NCBI RefSeq assembly: GCF_006345805.1
Contig: NC_043023.1
Coordinates: 21,267,140-21,331,139 of the forward strand
DNA from: Octopus sinensis
Taxonomy: Eukaryota
Reading direction: 5' to 3'
DNA length: 64,000 nt
Shown here: positions 13,203 through 26,358 of the stretch, piece after piece
Numbering within the stretch: position 1 is the stretch's first letter
How the letters are laid out: each line of letters starts with the position of its first letter
The notes under the pieces: model-generated
Databases searched by the model: none
Seen by the model: only the letters and a program-made list of their open reading frames with translations
What the model was told of the DNA's origin: nothing
Position numbers and translations under genes: made by a program

Positions 13203-13378
13203 TGCTGCACTGCCACCAACCTAAAAAAGAAAAGAAGTCTCTCTGGTATAGTGGTTGCGAGATATCTCGCCAGCCAGGGAGCTGACTTTCACCATAAAAA
13301 CAACAAAAATAACAGACCATTGGACCTCATTAAGGACCCAAATTTGAGAAAAAACTTAGAAACATTTTTACAACCACA
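13203..13378 (+). CDS. Ankyrin-RING-Death protein, last ankyrin exon
   Basis: CCTATNLKKKRSLSGIVVARYLASQGADFHHKNNKNNRPLDLIKDPNLRKNLETFLQP; AG 13201-13202, GTAAGT 13379; resembles the final MIB2 ankyrin. Confidence 0.88.
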
Positions 13379-14091
13379 GTAAGTATTTCCTGGCTATGGA
13401 ACGGATAAACCAGTACATTTCCTATTTTGTATATAATCATATTTATATGTTTATTTCGTTTCAATTCTACGATATACATTATACTGTCGCTAGTGTCTTT
13501 GTCAAAGGCCACACAATAAACAATATGCAGTTGTTAGGAGATCAAAGAAAGAACACGATTTTGATTACATTCACATGATTCGTAGTGTTGACATTTATAC
13601 TTCACTGTCCACCCCCACCTACTCCTCTTCGTTCCCTATTTTAAAGATTTGTGATCAATAGGAAAATATAGATCTAAATAATGAAGTGAATGAATTCCAT
13701 TTTGAAACTGTTACTTAGAATTAAGTGGAATTTATCTGTCTACCAACAACTTTTTCTCACTCTTCTAAGTCCGAATCAGTCAATATTTCAAATGATTTCA
13801 TAGAAAAATAACCTACAAACACACACCAACAGTGTATATATTATATTTCTGCAAATACTGATGGAATATTGCCACATATCTTCATAGAAGAAAAAAAACT
13901 GCCTGGAAACGTAAATAATTCAAGTAACACATATACCATTACTAGGTGTTTTAGTCGCCTTTCACTCCCGTATTTTATAAGATTTGGCAATTTCTTTGCC
14001 ATACATCTCTCTGTATTTGCTACTTAAGAAGCAGACACATTTCCCCCTTAGTGAATATACAAAGCTTTCTTTGTCTGTTGAAATTCAAATA

Positions 14092-14292
14092 TTACTTTTT
14101 ACTTGTTTCAGTCATTTGACTGCGGCCATGCTGGAGCACTGCCTTTAGTCGAAAAAAACGGCCCCAGAACTTATTATTTGTAAGCCTAGTACTTATTTGC
14201 CGAAACGCTAGATTACGGGAATATAAACACACCAACATCGGTTGTGAAGCGATGGTGGAGGGACAAACACAGACAGACAAATACACACACAA

Positions 14293-14330
<38 letters not shown>

Positions 14331-14486
14331 GTGCGACGGGCTTCTTTCAGTTTCCCTCTACCAAATCCACTCAAAAAGCTTTGGTCAGTCCGAAGCTACA
14401 CGTGCCCAAAATGCCACTCAGTGGGACTGAACCCAGAACCATGTGGTTGGTAAGCAAGCTACTTACCACACAACTACTCCTGCGCC
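14092..14486 (-). mobile_element. Full-length tRNA-derived SINE family B with central microsatellite
   Basis: Head GGCGCAGGAGTAGTTGTGTGGTAAGTAGCTTGCTTACC from 14486, tail ...GACTGAAACAAGTAAAAA near 14095. Confidence 0.85.
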
Positions 14487-14734
14487 TATTGTTCATAGAT
14501 ATTGATTTTTGGATTGTATAAATATTGATCTGTTTTCTTCAATTGACAAGCTTCAGAAGATTTTATTTGCTTTTACAAATAATCGTTTATATGAATGTTG
14601 TTATTATAATAATAATAATAATAATAAGAAGAAGAAGAAGAAGAAGTCTACAGAGCGCAGCTGATATTATTGGAAAGGGGCAAAATAAGGGACAGAAAAC
14701 TAGAACTACATGCACGATACATATAATAAAGCCT

Positions 14735-15050
14735 CCCAAAATCATGGTGGAAAATATCTCATCAGCATTGCCCAAATGATGTTTGCATCAGCTTTAAGAT
14801 ATACCCAAGGCCTGGGCCCTGTATTATCTGCCCACAGCATAAATCAAACTCGCATCACTTAACAACAATACGGCAAAATTATTTCCCCTCAAGTGGACCC
14901 ACTCCATTTAGCATTACACCAAAATACATTAAAGCAGAAAAAGACCCCCATAAAGTTCAAGAAGTATTTTGAAATATCCTTCAAGAAATCCCGGATAAAA
15001 CACCAACACCAGGATATGTCCCCGTAAACAGCAACTCTCTCCTCGAGTGG
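14735..15050 (+). mobile_element. CR1-like LINE 3' fragment
   Basis: Homologous to the 3' end of 61925-63810 (HQHCPNDV..FKIYP, PTPGYV..NSNSLLEW). Confidence 0.75.
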
Positions 15051-15141
15051 GTTATGTTGTCCGCATCCTGATTCGCCCGGTAGTGGGATTACGTTAAACA
15101 TGACCTGCGCTAATACTGGCCGAAACCTATCATGCATACAC

Positions 15142-15197
<56 letters not shown>

Positions 15198-15490
15198 CAA
15201 GTGATCACGTGACCGACCAGTCCATCAGATGTAGTTACACATCACTGGTCACAATGCATTCACATTGTTTTAGCCTTCGAATGACGCCACCCCGCTGGCT
15301 AAGCGAGCAGGCCAACAGAAGAAAGAGTGGTGAAAGAGTACAGCAGGGATCACCACCCCCTGCTGGAGCCTCGTGGAGCTTTTAGATGTTTTCGCTCAAT
15401 AAACACTCACAATGCCCAGTCTGGGAATCAAAACCGCGATCCTACAACCGCGAGTCTGCTGCCCTAACCACTGGGCCATTGCGCCTCCGC
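15198..15490 (-). mobile_element. tRNA-derived SINE family A
   Basis: Head GGCGCAATGGCCCAGTGGTTAGGGCAGC with A box TGGCCCAGTGG and B-box-like GGTTTTGATTCCC. Confidence 0.85.
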
Positions 15491-16219
15491 ATATATATAT
15501 ATATATGATAGATATATCATCCTCATCATCATCATCGTTTAACATCCGTTTTCCGTGCTAGCACGGGTTGGACAAAAATATATATAAGTAATATTCGTAG
15601 GCACGCCAACATGAATATCTGTTCGAATGGACTCTACTGTGAATGTTTAACCCCAAGAGAACACCTCCTCTAGCTAATTAACGATGCAAAGGTGCATCCG
15701 ATTAATTGCGAGCAGGGGATCAAACCCCTACCATCTTATAGCAACAGGACCAGCAGACCAGGTCTGGTTTCGGGCTATTCCTGCCACTCTACAGTACTGG
15801 AACCTTCTTCTGCTAATCTGTGGTGACGAAATGTATATAATAAAGTATGTGTATATAAAGAAACCTGTGTAGATATATTTGTTCAGAAGAAATGAGTTCG
15901 ATGTTAGAAGTGAAATATATTTCTGGAATATATGTAGTTCACTGTGTGTCAACCAATTTCTATGATGTATCAGGGTCAAGACAAACATTTATCAATGTAT
16001 GTATGCATGTGTGTGTATGTATGTATGTGTGTGTGTGTGTGAGCATGCCATTTAACTACACAAATATCTGTATGTATGTAATTGTTTAAAGAAGAATTTC
16101 TGCTCTACTCTTGGTAGTTACTGATGTATCTTATAATATTCTCTATTCCGAACATGTAAATAATGTAATATTTGTTATAAATGAATGTTATTGATTGGAT
16201 GTTTCTGTTTTGTCCACAG

Positions 16220-16362
16220 ATGTTTGCTGTGCAGAAATAAAGCGGCCACAACAAAAGTTCATCCCTGTGAACACCTTCTGACATGTGAAGAATGTTCAAA
16301 CATTCCACTTCAACAATGTCTGAAGTGTTTAAAACCTGTAATAACAGGCAGAGGTCGAGTTG
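16220..16362 (+). CDS. Ankyrin-RING-Death protein, RING-HC exon
   Basis: CLLCRNKAATTKVHPCEHLLTCEECSNIPLQQCLKC = C-x2-C-x11-C-x-H-x3-C-x2-C-x7-C-x2-C; CAG acceptor, GTAAGA donor; phase 2 to 1, matching the previous exon. Confidence 0.92.
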
Positions 16363-17457
16363 GTAAGAATATTCTTTGCTGATCTGTCTGTTTGTCCTCA
16401 TTGTCCCACTGCCCTTATTGTGTAGAATAATATACTTCATGTTGTTATGTAGGCAGAGGTCTGCCATAATCTGGCAGATTTATGATAAAAGGTGTTCCTA
16501 GTGTCTGTTCTCTGTAATAGTATATCTCTCACACTACATACACTAAACATTGACCTTATCCAAGTAGGAAACATGTCACACTTCAAGAGGGTTGTAGTCT
16601 GCAACATAAAGATAATGGAGGATTCTGCAAGATAATTAGTGAGTAACTGAAGTATCAATAAATCTCCATCAACACTATAATTAATTATGAGTTGTTAGAA
16701 GATAAGTAAATACAACAGTACTTACAAGGACATCAGTGTCATCTTTGGTAAAGTATTAAATTCAGTAGAATATTTTAAAGGAGTAAAATTAGATGTCACT
16801 AGTTTGAGAGACTTTAACACACAATTCCATGTTGTTATGTTTGTAATTGGAGGATATTAAGGCTAATAGAGACAGTTTTGTTTGTCAAGCAACCAGATCA
16901 TGAAACCTTCAAATATATCCTGAATGAGATGACATTCTGGTGAACTGTGAAGTTAAAATTAGGAATTATCAGCAACAATGTTTAACAAAGAGATTAGGTG
17001 TATGTTTCTCCTTCTTGAAGTGGTTGTGACATGTGTTTGTTGTTATATCTTTGATAAATAAATTTGTTGACACTGGAATTAAACAGGTTGTTAGTGAAGA
17101 TCAGGGTTTTGAAAATGCAATAGATTTGGCATAGATATAAGCAAGGAAACCAAAACCTACAGATAAACTGTTATTAAGTGATAATTAAGTGATATAATTA
17201 CAGCATTGTTAGATTATGTAGGATATCTTAACAGAGAGAGGAAATTTACAAAGATCAACTAGAGTTCGTTTCGGAGCTAAATATTGGCTATAACATGGGT
17301 CCACTGTTGAAAGTATAAAAATATTGACCAAAAGCATTATGATCGCTTGTTGGCCATTGATGATATGAATGTCTCTCAATAATAAAATATAGATTATTAA
17401 TAAATATAAAGGGATTGTGCTATAAATAAATATAAAACTTGGAAACACATATTTCAG

Positions 17458-17508
17458 AGAGTCCAAAGTTTGAAGAGAAGGGAGTGCAGACTGTGGCAGA
17501 GACAGTTG
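17458..17508 (+). pseudogene. Exon copy 1 (ESPKFEEKGVQTVAETV); homologous donor reads AT
   Basis: Acceptor ...CATATTTCAG intact; 51 nt, open, phase 1-1; followed by ATGAGTTT where paralogues have GTGAGTAT. Confidence 0.7.
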
Positions 17509-18944
17509 ATGAGTTTAAAATTAGAGAACTTAATTAATTTCTATAGATTTTATATTCACCTCAGCTATTTTGCTTATTAGAATGGTGGAGAACAAATCCC
17601 ATTTCTAATTTCCATTTGAAAGGTTAGCTCTAAAGTAATTGTATTAAAAATATTACCGAAATTTCATAAAGTCGGGGTTAACATGTTTGGTAAAATGGAT
17701 AAATTAAAAGCCACAATAGAGTTAATATTGTCTTCTGGAAGAGGGAACTATAATTTATTATTATTTTTAGGTGTAAACTCGTGAGTTAAGATAGTTGTTT
17801 GTTTTTCTACTAAGATCTTTCGTAAGTTTTCTGATAGGTTATTCTTGATGTTGTTATGTAGCCAGATGTCTGTCGTAATATGTTGTATTTTCTGGGGCTG
17901 TGTACCCTGAATGTCTGTGGTAAGAATACATTTTGTTGTTGCAAATTAGAAAATTCTAATTAAATATTAACTCTGTATAAGAATATTCATCATGAACTTA
18001 ATTTTATTAAATGTTAAATTTGGTATTGAACCGTGAACATCTGTTTGCATTTAAACAAATTATTGGTGTTTATACAAAATATACAAACGGAAATTGAATA
18101 TAACTTGAATGCACAAATCCTTGTTTGTAACTATATATAATATACACTTATTACATTGTTTGAACAACATTTACCATCCATATAGTCATTCTTTTTCTCA
18201 CTCTTGTTAGATTTTAGATGATATTAATGCTAAAAGAGGCACAGTTTTCTGAGTGTTTCACCCTTTGGTCTTGATTGTTGCGTTCAAATTATTTAATGAA
18301 AGATAGTCATTGTTATTTGACCAGGAAATGAATTAATCATTAGTATTTGGCAGTGGACTTGGTTATATCTTTCTTCGTTTGCTCATGGAACTACCATAAT
18401 ATTAGCTGTGCTGAGACACAGTCATATTCATAGTAATGAAGGCTATATGTTCTTTACTCAGATTATATACAATCTATATTGCTATCTAGTATTGCACCGT
18501 CAAGCACAGTGCCATTGTATCACATATATACCCAATTATCATGATAATTAATAAGCTATAATTCATTAACTCTCTTACATTTGTATGTATGAAATGTAAA
18601 CTTATTTTGTCATAGGGACATCGTGTACCATCACATTACATTTTATATCTTGTTAGGGATCTTGTTGGGGAAGGGTGTATGGAATTTGGCTTGTGGAGAT
18701 GTTTTGTAGGGGACAGATTGTGTGCGGGGTGGAGGGTATGCACATAAAGGACATGTCTTTATGGGCTCAGTTTTACTTAATTAGAGAGGAATGTTGATTA
18801 GTGAATTCTAGAGATGAGAGGACAGTGCCATGCCATAGATTTGGCAGAGTTATAAGAAAAGAAAGACAATGCTAAGAGAAAACTCTTATCAAGTGTTAAT
18901 TAAATGAGATAATTGGTACATTGTTAGAATATTTAATGTCTTCT

Positions 18945-18981
<37 letters not shown>

Positions 18982-19201
18982 GGTGGATTTAGAAATGTTA
19001 GTCTGTTTTATTGTGGACATATTGGGCTATTACATGGGACCACTGTAGAAAGTACAGAAATATTGACCAAAACCATAATGGTCAACATTTGACCAGTAAC
19101 GACAGGAATTGAATGTCTCACAATAACAAGGTAGTGCTTAATAAAAATAAAGATAAAGAAAGTTTATTTTTAAATGTAAAACTTGGAAATATTTATTTCA
19201 G

Positions 19202-19279
19202 AGGCTCCAAAGTTTGAGGACAGGCGTGTAAAAACAGAGGCTACATGTCAGGAATTAGGGGCTGCATCTCAGGTAATAG
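19202..19279 (+). CDS. Exon copy 2 (EAPKFEDRRVKTEATCQELGAASQVI)
   Basis: TATTTATTTCAG acceptor, GTGAGT donor, 78 nt, phase 1-1, no stop. Confidence 0.75.
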
Positions 19280-19534
19280 GTGAGTATAAAATAATAGTTC
19301 CCAATTGATTTCTGTAAGGTTTTCTTCCCTCGAGTATATTGTGCTTGAAAGAATAACTGAAAACAGCTTCCATTCCTATTTTCCAATTGAACGATTATCC
19401 GTATAATAATTGAATTAAAGATATCGATTTACTGATAGTTTATGAAATACTCATTGAGGTTAATGCTGTTGGTAATAATGTTCAAATTAGAAGACACGAA
19501 TAGAGTTAATATTGTCATTTGGTGACGGAACGCA

Positions 19535-20372
19535 TCTTCATCATCATCATCATCACCATTGTTTAACGTCCGTTGTTATAGTAGCATGGGTCGGACGATT
19601 TAAATGGCAAGGCAGTAGGCTGCGCCAGGCTCCAATGTGATCTGGCAAGGTTTCCACATATGTATGCCATTCCTAACGCCAACCACCCCGAGAGTGTGGT
19701 GGGTGCTTTTTACATGCCACCGACACAGGAGCCAGTTGAAGTGGGGGCTGGCATTGACCATATTCAGATGGTACTTTTTACGTGCCAACGGCACAGGGAA
19801 CCAGTCAGGCGGCACTGGCCACAAACAACGTTTGATTGTTACTTATTACGTGCCACCGGCACGGGTGCCAGTCAGGCGGCACTGGCATCGGCCATAATTA
19901 CAATTTGCATTTTGATTTCGATCTTCATTTGATTTTGATTTGTGATTTCTGGTTTTTGGTTTTACTTGATTCAGAAATTCTTCTTAAGCGCAACTTATCA
20001 CTCTGTGATTCAAGGGTACTTCTAAAAGGGTCTGGTTATGCGACACTGGTATCGGCTATAGCTGTGATCTCACTTCACTTGCCGGGTCTTCTCAATCACA
20101 TCATATTTCCAGAGGTTTCTGTCTCTTGCCATTGCCTCTGCGAGGCCCAACGTTCGAAGGTCGTTTCACCACGTCATGCCCTGTCTTCCTGGGTCACCCC
20201 TTTCCACAGGTTCCTTCCACTGTTAGGGTGTAACACTTCTTCCCACAGCTCTCCTCATCCATACACATGACCATACCAGTGCAGTTGTCTCTCTTGTACA
20301 CCACATCTGATGCTTCTTATGTCTAACACTTCTCTCAGGCCTCTTCACTCTGCCTTGTGTGCACACTGACAT
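19535..20372 (-). mobile_element. 5'-truncated RTE LINE (ORF end + 3' UTR)
   Basis: (CAT)n tail near 19540; reverse strand encodes IRCGVQERQLHWYGH-like residues; homologous to 3400-4240. Confidence 0.85.
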
Positions 20373-21280
20373 CGTTGCGTTCAAATTATTTAATATAATA
20401 TAGTCATTGTTATTTGACCAGGAAATGAATTAATCATTAGTATTTGGCAGTGGACTTGGTTATATCTTTCTTCGTTTGCTCATGGAACTACCATAATATT
20501 AGCTGTGCTGAGACACAATCATATTGATTGTAATGAAGGCTATATGTTCTTTACTCAGATTATATACAATCTATATTGATATCTAGTATTGCACCGTCAA
20601 GCACAGTGCCATTGTATCACATATATACCCAATTATCATGATAATTAATAAGCTATAATTCATTAACTCTCTTACAGTTGTATGTCTGAAATGTAAACTT
20701 ATTTTGTCATAGGAACATCATGTACCCTCACCTTACATTTTATATTTTGTTAGGGATCATGTTGGGGAAGGATGTGTGCAATTTGACTTGTGGAGATGTT
20801 TTTAGGGGACAGATTGTGTGCGGAGTGGAGGGTATGCACATAAAGGACATGTCTTTATGGGCTCAGTTTTACTTAATTAGAGAGTTGATTAGTGAACTCT
20901 AGAGATGAGAGGACTGTGCCATGCCATGGATTTGGTAGTTATAAGAAAAGAAAGACAAAGCTAAGAGAAAACTGTTATCAAGTGTTAATTAAATGAGATA
21001 ATTGCAACATTGTTAGAATATTTAATGTGTTTTTAGAGAGAGAGAGAGAGAGGAGGGGAGGGTGGATTCAGGAATGCTAGTCTGTTTTATTGTGGACATA
21101 TTGGGCTATTACATGGGACCACTGTAGAAAGTACAGAAATATTGACCAAAACCATAATGGTCAACATTTGACCAGTAACGACAGAAATTGAATGTCTCAC
21201 AATAACAAGATAGAGTTTAATAAAAATAAAGATAAAGAAAGTTTATTTTTAAATGTAAAACTTGGAAATATTTATTTCAG

Positions 21281-21358
21281 AGGCTCCAAAGTTTGAGGAC
21301 AGGCGTGTAAAAACAGAGGCTACATGTCAGGAATTAGGGGCTGCATCTCAGGTAATAG
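21281..21358 (+). CDS. Exon copy 3, identical to copy 2
   Basis: Nucleotide-identical 78-nt exon with intact AG and GTGAGT. Confidence 0.75.
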
Positions 21359-21642
21359 GTGAGTATAAAATAATAGTTCCCAATTGATTTCTGTAAGGTT
21401 TTCTTCCCCGAGTATATTGTGCTTGAAAGAATAACTGAAAACAGCTTCCATTCCTATTTTCTAATTGAACGATTATCTGTATAATAATTGAATTAAAGAT
21501 ATCGATTTACTGTGAGTTTATGAAATACCCATTGAGGTTAGCACTGTTGGTAATAATGTTCAAATTAGAAGACACAATAGAGTAAATTTTGTCATTTGGT
21601 CACAAGTATAATCAAGTATAATCTTGGAAATATTTATTTCAG

Positions 21643-21690
21643 CAAGGCCAATATTTGAAGACAAAGAGGTCCAGACAGTAGAAGAGCCAC
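21643..21690 (+). CDS. Exon copy 4 (ARPIFEDKEVQTVEEP), weak donor
   Basis: TATTTATTTCAG acceptor; the homologous donor is CTGAGT at 21694, but a GT at 21691 keeps phase 1 (48 nt). Confidence 0.5.
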
Positions 21691-22639
21691 GTGCTGAGTA
21701 TAGAATGACATTACATAATTGATTTCTATAAAGTTTAGCTTTTACTGAGCTATTTTGGTCAATAGAATGACCGAGAACAGATACCACTGCTACATTTTAT
21801 TTGAATGCTTAGCTATAAAGAAATTCTGTTCTTCTACAACAACATGAATATCCAATAAATGTACTTTATGCAAACATCTGTTACTCATTCACTCGCAGAA
21901 AGAAAGATACAAACATTAAATATAAACCCTGAAACGGTTCTCTCCCGTTAAGGAGAATATTCGCCCTGTTTGTCATCTCATTGTACTCATTCATTCTCTC
22001 TCTCTCACTCATGCTCTTTCTCTCCGTCTTTTCAAGAAAGATGCTGGTTAAAAGTTTCAATACAATAAATGATATCATCTTCATCTTTTCTCATCTGCTC
22101 TCCATGCTCCCATACACTAGGTGGGTCATCACTGTCCAAGTCAGTTGTATCTGAAATTACTGCCAACCGTCATTTGTTGAGGAAAACATCTCACTTAAAC
22201 ATTGCAGCTTTTCTAAGGTGGTAGACCCTTTCTAACCCCAACCACTTTATAAAGGGTCCTGGGTATATTTTATTGTTGCACAAGCATTAGAAATGATCAT
22301 CAATTCCCCAACAATATCAAACGTTCCTTTCAAACTTGTGGTGTCATCTTTCCTAGTTTCCACCAACCACTTCCTAGTGTGTTCTGGGAGCATTTAATTA
22401 TAGCACAAGTAGTAATCAAGTTGTGTTACATTCTATATAATTAGACGGTCCTCACTATTCTATGATGTTTTGGTTCACTGAAGCTGATGACATTTTCAGG
22501 AGGTGAGAAGGGAATGTGATGACAAAAGTATCAGGATGCGGGGAGAGAAATTTGCAATACCCCCTCTCCTGGCTGTGGGGTCTTTGTCTTACATGTCTTT
22601 TGGCTAAATATGCCAGTACTTGTGCTTTATAAAAAGGGG

Positions 22640-22817
22640 CCACGTACACTTTGTGAGGTGGTTGGCATCAGTAAGAGCATCCTACAGTAGAAAACCATGC
22701 AAAAGAAACCATCTGGGGCCTGGTGCAGTTGTCTGGCTTGTCAGATCCTGTCAAGATTTCCAACCCATTCCAGCTTGGAAAACAAATTTTGAATATTGAT
22801 GATGAGGATGATGATGC
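22640..22817 (+). mobile_element. Degraded RTE-type 3' tail
   Basis: GAGGTGGTTGGCATCAGTAAGAGCATCC..GTAGAAAACCATGC...(GAT)n. Confidence 0.6.
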
Positions 22818-23721
22818 TGTCTTCCAGTAACTCATCATAATTCTTTGTCTTAGATTGTTACAGTAGTTTCCTGTCTGGTATAACATATTAGCTCAGTATA
22901 ATAATATTGATTGTGAAAACCGGTTCAGTGATTTTGATAACATTCATATTGAACAGAGAACATATGTTCACATTTGAACAAAACATTGATGCTAGCATAT
23001 GCAATACATGGAAAGGAATGAACGTATGAGATTCCAGTGTGACTTGAACTTACAACACTTTTCTAACTATATATATATAATTATCGCTTGTTACGATGTT
23101 TGTATAACGTTTACTGTCCATATATAGACATCGTTATACTGAAAATTGTTGGCTTTGAGATGGTTTCAATTGTAAGAGAGTCACTGTTTTCAGTCTTCCA
23201 CATTTTGGTTTTACTTCCGACTTGATTGTTCTGTTGAAATTAGATCATGGAACCTGGTCATTGTTATTTGACCAAGAAAAGAATTCATCATTAGTATTCA
23301 GTACTGGAAATGGTTACATTTTTCTATGGTTTCTCATGGAACTACCATAATATCAACTGTGCTGAGACACAACCATATTAATTGTAACAAATGTCACATG
23401 TTCTTCACACAGATTTTATACAATCTATATTGATAGTTAGTGTTTATACGCTGCATTAACATGATAATTAATCAGCTATCATCCATTAACTCTCTTAAAC
23501 TTGTCTGTCTGAAAGTTTCATAGCATTATCTTGTACCCTCATCTAATATTTTACACCTTATTACCCTCAAAGTAAACATAACTTTTACATGGGTACACAA
23601 CCACATCCCTACGAACTAGTTTTACAGCTGTATGCCCTTCCCACAATAATAAAGTGTTGATTATCAATAACTATAATGAAATTATACTATAAAACGTAAA
23701 GCTTGAAAATATTCATTTCAA

Positions 23722-23769
23722 AGACTCCAACTTCTGTGAAGGATGCCTTAACAACATCACAGCCAGTTA
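23722..23769 (+). pseudogene. Exon copy 5 (ETPTSVKDALTTSQPV); homologous acceptor reads AA
   Basis: ATTCATTTCAA instead of ATTTATTTCAG; donor GTGAGT intact at 23770; 48 nt, open. Confidence 0.65.
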
Positions 23770-24649
23770 GTGAGTAGCAAATAACAGTACCTCATGGATT
23801 TCTATAAATTTAACCTTCACCTGAGTATTTGTAGTTTATCAGAATGACTGAGGACAAGATCCATTCCTAATTTACATCTGAAATATTAGCTGTATAATAA
23901 TTCTATTAGACATTTTGATATCAATGGAATTTCACAAAATATCCAACGGGGTTGGCATGGTTCGGAAAATGGATAATTTAGAAGACAATAGAATTAATAC
24001 TGTATCTTAAAACGGAAGACTAAAATATGTAGTTACTAAGTTTACTGATAGGTTATTGCTGTTGTTGCTATTTAGGCAAATATCTCTCATAATGTGACAG
24101 ATTTACAATGAAATGTGTTCCTTGTGTGAACACCCTGCCTTTTTTTTTTGACTGATAATAAATTTATCATTACATCCCCTAAACATTGTCTTTATCCATG
24201 TAAAAGTATTAGGTTTGATGTTGAGACAACCGTCCTCTCTCTCTCTCTCTCCAAGATAGACACTGATGACCCTCATCATTTATCATCTGATGTCTATGCT
24301 CCTATCGATTGGATGGATGATTCCTATCCATGTCAGTTCTTATTAACAAATACTGTCCGCCTCGATTGGATGAGGAACACATTCCGGCTTTTCTATGGTG
24401 ATGTGCCTTTCCTAACATCAACCACTTTAAAAAGGGCCTTGGGCACAATTTTGCTCCAAAAGCACTAGAAAAATTGTCGTCAACAAAATTAACGCTCCTC
24501 TTTAACTTCTACACGGAAATTCTGTTTGCAGATACTGAAAACAGAAAGCTAACATACAATAAAGATGAACTGGATGGATATATGCTGGAGATCCAAAGCA
24601 AAAGCAGTGATTCCCATTCATAGACAGTTTGAAATGTCCATTGAAACCA

Positions 24650-25420
24650 GCAATCAAATACCGATTGATTAGTTCAGACTAATTTCAACCTTGAATATAA
24701 ATGGCGAGATTTACAAGGTTGTACTCACAAAGAGATCAACTGTAAATCTACAGAATAATGAATATGGGACTAAAAGTATCTTGAAGACTGGAATCCTCTG
24801 GCATTCCAGGCTGTGTGGAACATGTGTCTTAAATCTTGGATGTGATACAAGACGGAAAGAAGAATAAAAGGGATTGAATGTTGTGTGATTTGATCTGGTT
24901 TATGGTTCTCTAGCAAACAAATTGTTGATGGAAGCAGTGGACCTGTTTTATATATGAGAAAAGATTAAGGATCTGATGAGGAGCTGCTATAACAATTTCA
25001 ATATGCAGTTCATGAGGAAAACTTTCTCGATAGACTGGTATCATTTTGAAACGGGAATTGCTGTAGTTTCTACAAAATCAGTCATTTGGTTTGTGATTGT
25101 TATGGAGATGTTACTTAAATCAGCAGATTGATAAGAAATGGCTCAAAGGAAAACACTCGAGAAGACATTAATGGATTACATAACAATAGTAACAACAAAT
25201 AAAAGGATATGCAAATAGTTCTGGATTAACTGGGTAGACTGAGGAACTTGGTGAAGAATGTGCTTCAATGCAAATGGGTAATGAAGCCCGTCATTTGTGA
25301 AAGGTCAGCAGAAACAAGTGAAGGTCAAAATAGCAGGAGAAACCCTGATGAAGTTTAAAGGGAAACTTGAAAAACTATTACGACGATGGTAAACTACCTA
25401 ATTTTGCAATAATAGTAAAG
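24650..25420 (+). mobile_element. Old HERO-like RT domain remnant
   Basis: Decayed GIP.HS..CGTC, NVV.FDLVYGSL, KIKDLMRSCYNNF, DWYHFETGIAV, TLMDYITI motifs in RT order. Confidence 0.6.
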
Positions 25421-26286
25421 GCATTGAGATCATGTCACAGAACGAAGATGGGTTAAAAGAAATAAATATGCCAAACATTCTGGAAAATAAAAGATTTGGA
25501 GCTCGCACTTTGTATTCCCGTGTTTCTTATATATTTTTGAGTATCAGTCCTTTTGTACCATTTCAGATGTCTTCACTGCATTAATGTGTAGATGTCCAGT
25601 TGTATGTAGTTAATGGGGTTTTGTACAAGTGTGCAGTGTTTTAGGACACCTGATATCACTTTTTGTTTCATCTGTGGAGAACTGATCATTGCTCACCTTT
25701 ATTAAGGAGTCTTAAAATATTCCCTGCATCTGATAATGACCAGGTGATCTGGGATGTAGGATGATAAAATTCAAGATTTTCCAACAGCAAAGAGAACTGG
25801 TATTACGTTTATTTTACTTGAAGTGGTGTGTCATGCATTTGTGACGAGATCTTTGGAGACCACATTGGATGATATTGCACTTTAGCAGAAGATGAGGAGA
25901 ATGGTGGTTAGTGAAGTCTAGAGTTTAGAGGACAGTCGCATGTCATAGATTTGGTTCAGATATATGAAAGGAGAGATAGAACTATGAGAAGAAACAGTCT
26001 CATGAAATGATAATTAAATGAAATAATTGCAACATTGTTAGATTATGTAGGATGTCTCTGTTAAAGAGAAACAAAGTTTCGGAAAGTTAGTCTATTTTGT
26101 TGCGGGCCTAAATATTGAGCTATTACCTGGTCCCACAATGGAAAGTATAAAAATACTGAGCAAAACCCTAGTGGTCACCAGCCAACCACTGATGATAACA
26201 ATGTCCCACAACAATAAACTACAGAATATTTATAGAGATAAATAAGTTTTACAATAAATTGTAAAACTTGGAAATATTTATTTCAG

Positions 26287-26358
26287 AGAGTCCAGTTCTG
26301 AAGGAGAGGAATCTGATGAGAGTGGCTAAGAGGTTAGGAAGTGATTGGTGGCAAGTGG
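26287..26358 (+). CDS. Ankyrin-RING-Death protein, Death domain exon 1 (ESPVLKERNLMRVAKRLGSDWWQV)
   Basis: TATTTATTTCAG acceptor, GTGAGT donor, 72 nt, phase 1-1; supplies the L..VA..LG.DW..V motif. Confidence 0.88.

Larger units (their letters stand above)
18277..21600 (+). repeat. ~1.25-kb direct repeat pair (18277-~19530 and 20374-21600) separated by an RTE fragment
   Basis: Both begin GTTGCGTTCAAATTATTTAAT and align through ...TTGTCATTTGGT; each carries the same 78-nt exon. Confidence 0.92.

Noticed and set aside
15420-15490. tRNA genes (also 35855, 51370, 63825)
   Set aside because: A/B boxes present but no complete cloverleaf, and they continue into SINE bodies.
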